Both the position numbers and the translations under genes were made by a program. A stretch of DNA of 64,000 bases from an uncultured Anaerolineae bacterium (lineage in GTDB: Bacteria; Chloroflexota; Anaerolineae; J036; Brachytrichaceae), in NCBI GenBank assembly GCA_938034415.1, contig CALHLE010000030.1:3708-67707 (forward strand). Reading direction: 5' to 3'. Positions 59,974 to 64,000 of the stretch are shown piece after piece (the first letter of the stretch is position 1; every line of letters starts with the position of its first letter). The notes under the pieces were generated by a model. That model was not told the origin of the DNA. It was given only the letters and a program-made list of their open reading frames with translations, and did not search any database.

Positions 59974-61228
59974 CGAGCGCCCGGGCGCGCTCCAGCCGCA
60001 CGTTTCGCTCGGCGACCAGTTGCGCAGCGATGCGCTCGATGTCCTCGCCGGACGCGCCGGCAGCGATGGCAATTTGCCGCGCGTGGAGCGTCATGTGGCC
60101 CTGCTGAATGCCCTCCATAGCCAGCGCGCGAATCGCTGCGAAGTTCTGCGCCAACCCCACACAAGCGATGATCTCGGCCAGCTCACGCGCCGTCTTCACG
60201 CCGAGCAGCTCTAGCGCAAGCTGCGCCGTGGGATGAACGCGCGTCGCCCCGCCTACGATACCCACGGCCAACGGCAACTCGATGCGGCCTACCAAGTCGC
60301 CGGCTTCGTTCGCGCGCCAGGTCGCCAGCGCTGTGTAGCGCCCATCGCGCGCGGCGTAGGCATGCGCGCCGGCTTCTACGGCGCGCCAATCGTTGCCGGT
60401 CGCGATCACCACCGCGTCAACCCCGTTCATGATGCCCTTGTTGTGCGTCGCGGCGCGATACGGGTCGAGTTCGGCAAAGCGCGATGCTTCGACGATGCGC
60501 GCGACGATTTCCTGCGGCGGAATCGCGTTGTCGGCGCGCGCAGCTAACGTGTCGGCGCGAATGGTGCAGGTCGCCCAGGCCAGCCGTCGGTCGCTGAGGT
60601 TAGAGAGGATGCGCAAGTTGACCCGCCCGCCGGTGAGCTGCGCAACGCGCGGCGCGAGCGCTTCGCTGGCCGTGTTGATCAGATTCGCCCCCATGGCGTC
60701 CCCGCAGTCGTAGAGCACATGCACGATGAGCATGGGCGGGGGGCCGCTCAGCGCGCGCGTCTCGATGCCGACGGCGCGCGCGTGCCGGCTGCGGGTTGCA
60801 GCGTTATCGTGGTTCAGCCAGTGGATCAGCGCGTCGGCTTCGGCGGCGATGCGCGCGCGCGCCGCTTCGGGGTCGGGCGCGTCCAACACCTGAATCTGAC
60901 CGATCATGATCGGCGGGCTGCTGCCGGCGGTGAAGCCGCCGGTTGCGCGGGCCAGCTTGGCGGCGTAGCTACAAGCGGCGACCACGCTGGCTTCCTCGAT
61001 GGCCATCGGCACCGCAGGGATCTCTCGGCCGTTCACGACGAAGTGCTGCGCGACGCCCAACGGCAGGGCAAACACGCCGACCACGTTCTCGATCATGTGG
61101 TCGGCCTGTTCGAGCGAGAGGCCGCCGCGCAACGCATCGGCCTGCGCAGCGCTCAAGCCCAAAGCCTGGGCGCGCGCATTCACCGGCAGGTCGCGCAGGC
61201 GAGGAGCGGCGGGGGGAGTCTCATCCAT
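59945..61228 (-). CDS. mvaA: Class II hydroxymethylglutaryl-CoA reductase
   Basis: MIENVVG, EEASVVAA, DAMGAN, RAATHNKGIMNG, EGIQQGHM; 29-nt tail-to-tail overlap with nurA. Confidence 0.93.
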   Translation of the reverse strand: MDETPPAAPRLRDLPVNARAQALGLSAAQADALRGGLSLEQADHMIENVVGVFALPLGVAQHFVVNGREIPAVPMAIEEASVVAACSYAAKLARATGGFTAGSSPPIMIGQIQVLDAPDPEAARARIAAEADALIHWLNHDNAATRSRHARAVGIETRALSGPPPMLIVHVLYDCGDAMGANLINTASEALAPRVAQLTGGRVNLRILSNLSDRRLAWATCTIRADTLAARADNAIPPQEIVARIVEASRFAELDPYRAATHNKGIMNGVDAVVIATGNDWRAVEAGAHAYAARDGRYTALATWRANEAGDLVGRIELPLAVGIVGGATRVHPTAQLALELLGVKTARELAEIIACVGLAQNFAAIRALAMEGIQQGHMTLHARQIAIAAGASGEDIERIAAQLVAERNVRLERARALVRRDPSPLA

Positions 61229-61257
61229 GTCGGCAGAAGGTAATTCGATGGGCCATT

Positions 61258-62427
61258 CTACTGTTGCAGGACGCGCTCGTACACGGCCAGCAGTTGCTCG
61301 GCGGCGCGCTGCCAAGTGAACTGCGCCGCGCGCGCCAGCCCACGCGCAATGCAGTGGCGGCGCCACACCTCGTCGTTCAGCGCCTGCTCCAGCGCGCGCG
61401 CCAGGGCATCCACGTCCAGCGGATCCACCTGCAAGCCGGCATCGCCGACCACTTCCGGCAGCGATGAGACGTTCGAGGTGACCACCGGCACCCCGCTGGC
61501 CATCGCTTCCAGCAGCGGCAAGCCGAAGCCCTCATAGGTCGAAGGGAAGGCGAAGACGGTTGCGGCGCGATAGAGATGGGGCAAGTCCATATCCTCCACG
61601 TAGCCGATGAACCTGACGCGTTCGCCCAGCCCCAGCCGCTGCACTTCGGCGCGCACTTCGTCATACAGCCAGCCCTTGCCGCCGGCGATCACGAGCAGCG
61701 GCGCGTGGGCGGCGGAACGCGCCGAGATGAGCTTGGCAAAGGCCTGAACCAGGCGCAGGTGATTCTTGCGCCGTTGAAGCGTGCCGACAGTGAGGACGAA
61801 CGGCGCATTGCCGATGCCATATTTCTTCAGCACGTAGGCGCGCCGGCGCTGCATATAGAGCGTATCCTGATAGGGCGTGAACCGCCCGTCTACGCCGCTA
61901 TAGATGACCGTGATCTTCTCCGCTGGGATGTCGTAGAGCGCCGCGAGGTCGCGGGCAGTGGCGCGCGAGTCGGCGATGATGTGCGCTGCGCGCCGGGCCG
62001 AATCGGGCACGACGCGCCTAAGGAAGGGGATCAGGCGCGGCGGCGCGGAGTCGGGATCGCGCTCGAACGAGAGATCATGCACGGTCAGCACGCTGGGCGT
62101 GCCGTTGCGCAAAGGGGGCAGCACGAAGTCGGTGGCGTGATACAGGTCGCAGGGGCCGCTGAAGAGTTGCACCGGCGCGCGCAGGTTGGCGCGAAACCAC
62201 AGCCGATAGAGCCAGCGGTCGTTCATGCGCGAGACGCGCAGCGGCAGCTCGCGCGTGTTCATCAGGTTGGATAGCGGCACGCCGGGCGCGGGCCGGCCCA
62301 TGACGAACAGGCTGAATTCGTGCGGCGAACCCAATGCCAGCACAGCGCGGACGATCTCGCGCGTCAGCCGCGCGATGCCCGCGTCCTGATGGATAGCGGG
62401 TGTGTAGTCAATCGTGATGCGCGCCAC
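61258..62427 (-). CDS. Glycosyltransferase family 4
   Basis: TVHDL, RKNH, YEGFGLPLLEAMASG, SSLPEV. Confidence 0.92.
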   Translation of the reverse strand: MARITIDYTPAIHQDAGIARLTREIVRAVLALGSPHEFSLFVMGRPAPGVPLSNLMNTRELPLRVSRMNDRWLYRLWFRANLRAPVQLFSGPCDLYHATDFVLPPLRNGTPSVLTVHDLSFERDPDSAPPRLIPFLRRVVPDSARRAAHIIADSRATARDLAALYDIPAEKITVIYSGVDGRFTPYQDTLYMQRRRAYVLKKYGIGNAPFVLTVGTLQRRKNHLRLVQAFAKLISARSAAHAPLLVIAGGKGWLYDEVRAEVQRLGLGERVRFIGYVEDMDLPHLYRAATVFAFPSTYEGFGLPLLEAMASGVPVVTSNVSSLPEVVGDAGLQVDPLDVDALARALEQALNDEVWRRHCIARGLARAAQFTWQRAAEQLLAVYERVLQQ

Positions 62428-62478
62428 GGCGAACGTCCAACGGCAAGCGTTTAGTATCACACATTCGCGCGCGTTGTC

Positions 62479-63066
62479 TCAAAATGCGCCGTCGGGCGAT
62501 TCGACTCCCGCCGACAAATTCTGCTTCCACGCCACGTCGCGGAAGGTCACGAAGCGATTGACGAAGAAGTTCCACAGCATCACGATCACCGCGGCGATCA
62601 ACTTGGTGACGTTTAGGCCGATGCCCCGATAGTGCGCCTGGACGAAGGGGATGGGCGTGAGGCGGACGAGCGCAGTGATGGGCGACTGGAACAAAAGGAA
62701 GATCAGCTCGTTGATGAGCAGGCCGGCTGCGTTGACGGCGAGGAAGACCGGCATCTGGCGGCGCTTCTTCTGAGCGCGCGATTCGGGGTACACCCACAGG
62801 CGGTTCCAGATGAAGTTGTTGGTGGCGGCGATGATGAACGCCAGCGCGACGGCGATCGGCACCGGCATGCCCAGATTGCGCTCAAAAACGTTCAGCAAGC
62901 CGATGTCAATGACTAGCCCGCCGGCGCCGACGATGGCGAATTTGACAAACCGTTTGATCTCCGGCTTGTTGCGGTGAGCCAGCCCATAGAACCGCGTGCC
63001 CTTTACCGCAGTGGGCACAAACTGGCTTACAGACAAGGAGCGCTTTTCACTGCTCACGACGCGCAT
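62479..63066 (-). CDS. GtrA family membrane protein
   Basis: RFVKFAIVG, NNFIWNRLWVY, WNFFVNRFVTF; start uncertain. Confidence 0.85.
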   Translation of the reverse strand: MRVVSSEKRSLSVSQFVPTAVKGTRFYGLAHRNKPEIKRFVKFAIVGAGGLVIDIGLLNVFERNLGMPVPIAVALAFIIAATNNFIWNRLWVYPESRAQKKRRQMPVFLAVNAAGLLINELIFLLFQSPITALVRLTPIPFVQAHYRGIGLNVTKLIAAVIVMLWNFFVNRFVTFRDVAWKQNLSAGVESPDGAF

Positions 63067-64000
63067 ACGTATTAAACCATTGGATGATGCGCTGGATGCG
63101 CTCGACGCGATGCTTTGGCTCGCCGCTGCGCGAAAGCTCATGCCCCTCGCGCGGCCAACGCACTAACTCGACCGTCTTCTTTTGCAGACGCATGGCCTGG
63201 AACAATTGCTCGGCCTGCTCGATCGGCACGCGGTAGTCCTGTTCGCTGTGCTCGATCAGCAGCGGCGTCCGCATGTTGGGCACCAGCGCGATCGGCGATC
63301 GCTCCCATAGCGTCTGCGCGTTGTCCCAGGGCGTGATCCCGCCCATCTCCCGATCGTTGAAGAAAGGCACGTCCGTCGTGTTGCGCATAGACAGCAGGTT
63401 GTATACGCCGCGCTGGGCGCAGGCTGCGGCGAAGCGATGATCGTGGCCGATGATCCAGGCCGTCAGATAGCCTGCATAGCTCCCACCGGTCAGGCACATT
63501 CGCTCAACGTCAACGTAACCACGGCCGACCACGACATCTACCCCGCGCAGCACATCGCGCATCGGGCCATCGCCCCAATCGCCCCGGTTAGCGTGCCAGA
63601 ACGCGCTGCCGTAGCCGTCGGAGCCGCGCGGGTTGCAGTAGAACACCACGTAGCCGGCTGCGGCCATGGCCTGGAACTCGTGCCACATGCTGCGCGTCGC
63701 CGCGCCCCACATCACATGCGGCCCTCCGTGCATTTGCACGATGAGCGGATACTTCTTGCGCGGGTCAAAGTCCGGCGGCGTGACGACCCATCCCTGGATC
63801 GTGCGGCCTTCGGAGCGGTAGCGGACGGACGCCACCCGCCCGATGCTGTGTTCGGCCAGGAACGGGGCATTGGGCCGATAGAGCGGCCGGATGCGCCCCC
63901 GCGAATCGCGTTCGTAGAGCGCGCTGGGGTCGTCTGGGGTGCTGGCGATGAAAACGACGCGGCCGTCGGCCAGCGCGCTGAACCCGTTGATCTCATGGAT
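63047..64000 (-). CDS. S9 family prolyl oligopeptidase/acylaminoacyl peptidase (5' end outside window)
   Basis: HGGPH, NPRGSDGYG, GGSYAG, QDYRV, EGHELSR; frame is open to the window edge. Confidence 0.92.
   Translation of the reverse strand: MHEINGFSALADGRVVFIASTPDDPSALYERDSRGRIRPLYRPNAPFLAEHSIGRVASVRYRSEGRTIQGWVVTPPDFDPRKKYPLIVQMHGGPHVMWGAATRSMWHEFQAMAAAGYVVFYCNPRGSDGYGSAFWHANRGDWGDGPMRDVLRGVDVVVGRGYVDVERMCLTGGSYAGYLTAWIIGHDHRFAAACAQRGVYNLLSMRNTTDVPFFNDREMGGITPWDNAQTLWERSPIALVPNMRTPLLIEHSEQDYRVPIEQAEQLFQAMRLQKKTVELVRWPREGHELSRSGEPKHRVERIQRIIQWFNTYARREQ

Overview
A GC-rich, gene-dense bacterial chromosome segment, most likely Chloroflexota. That assignment is inference, from GAAC-N4-GTTC LexA boxes, an LCP lipoprotein, a Big-domain alpha-2-macroglobulin, class II HMG-CoA reductase and a translin-family gene. 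It holds about 57 CDS and one tRNA-Val(GAC). I saw no CRISPR array, rRNA, prophage or transposase. Most genes are housekeeping or metabolic (lexA, plsY, rluA-like, TRAP/ECF/ABC transporters, argS, dcd, mtnP, cvrA, mvaA). Six things stand out. (1) A candidate selenium-sensing translational switch at 55.2-55.5 kb: a short leader ORF with a strong Shine-Dalgarno, an in-frame UGA and a consensus-like SECIS hairpin. Its read-through stop codon lies inside an 18-bp stem that sequesters the SD and AUG of a putative selenate ABC transporter. It is divergent from a selenocysteine-containing selD that the ORF track truncates. (2) A copper operon with a CutF/CruR-like leader, copD, a CopC-MbnP fusion, a cytochrome c lipoprotein, SCO and MbnH, but no methanobactin genes or TonB receptor. 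(3) A thiol-redox cluster with a solo groES and two copies of a likely ECF-sigma promoter. (4) A cluster of DnaA-box-like motifs at 30.2-30.5 kb (candidate oriC or DnaA-titration site). (5) SOS boxes in front of lexA/arginine deiminase and a stand-alone nurA. (6) Several proteins with altered signature motifs. All functional calls come from motif recognition by eye; no database search or RNA folding was run. Many start codons were re-picked relative to the ORF track.
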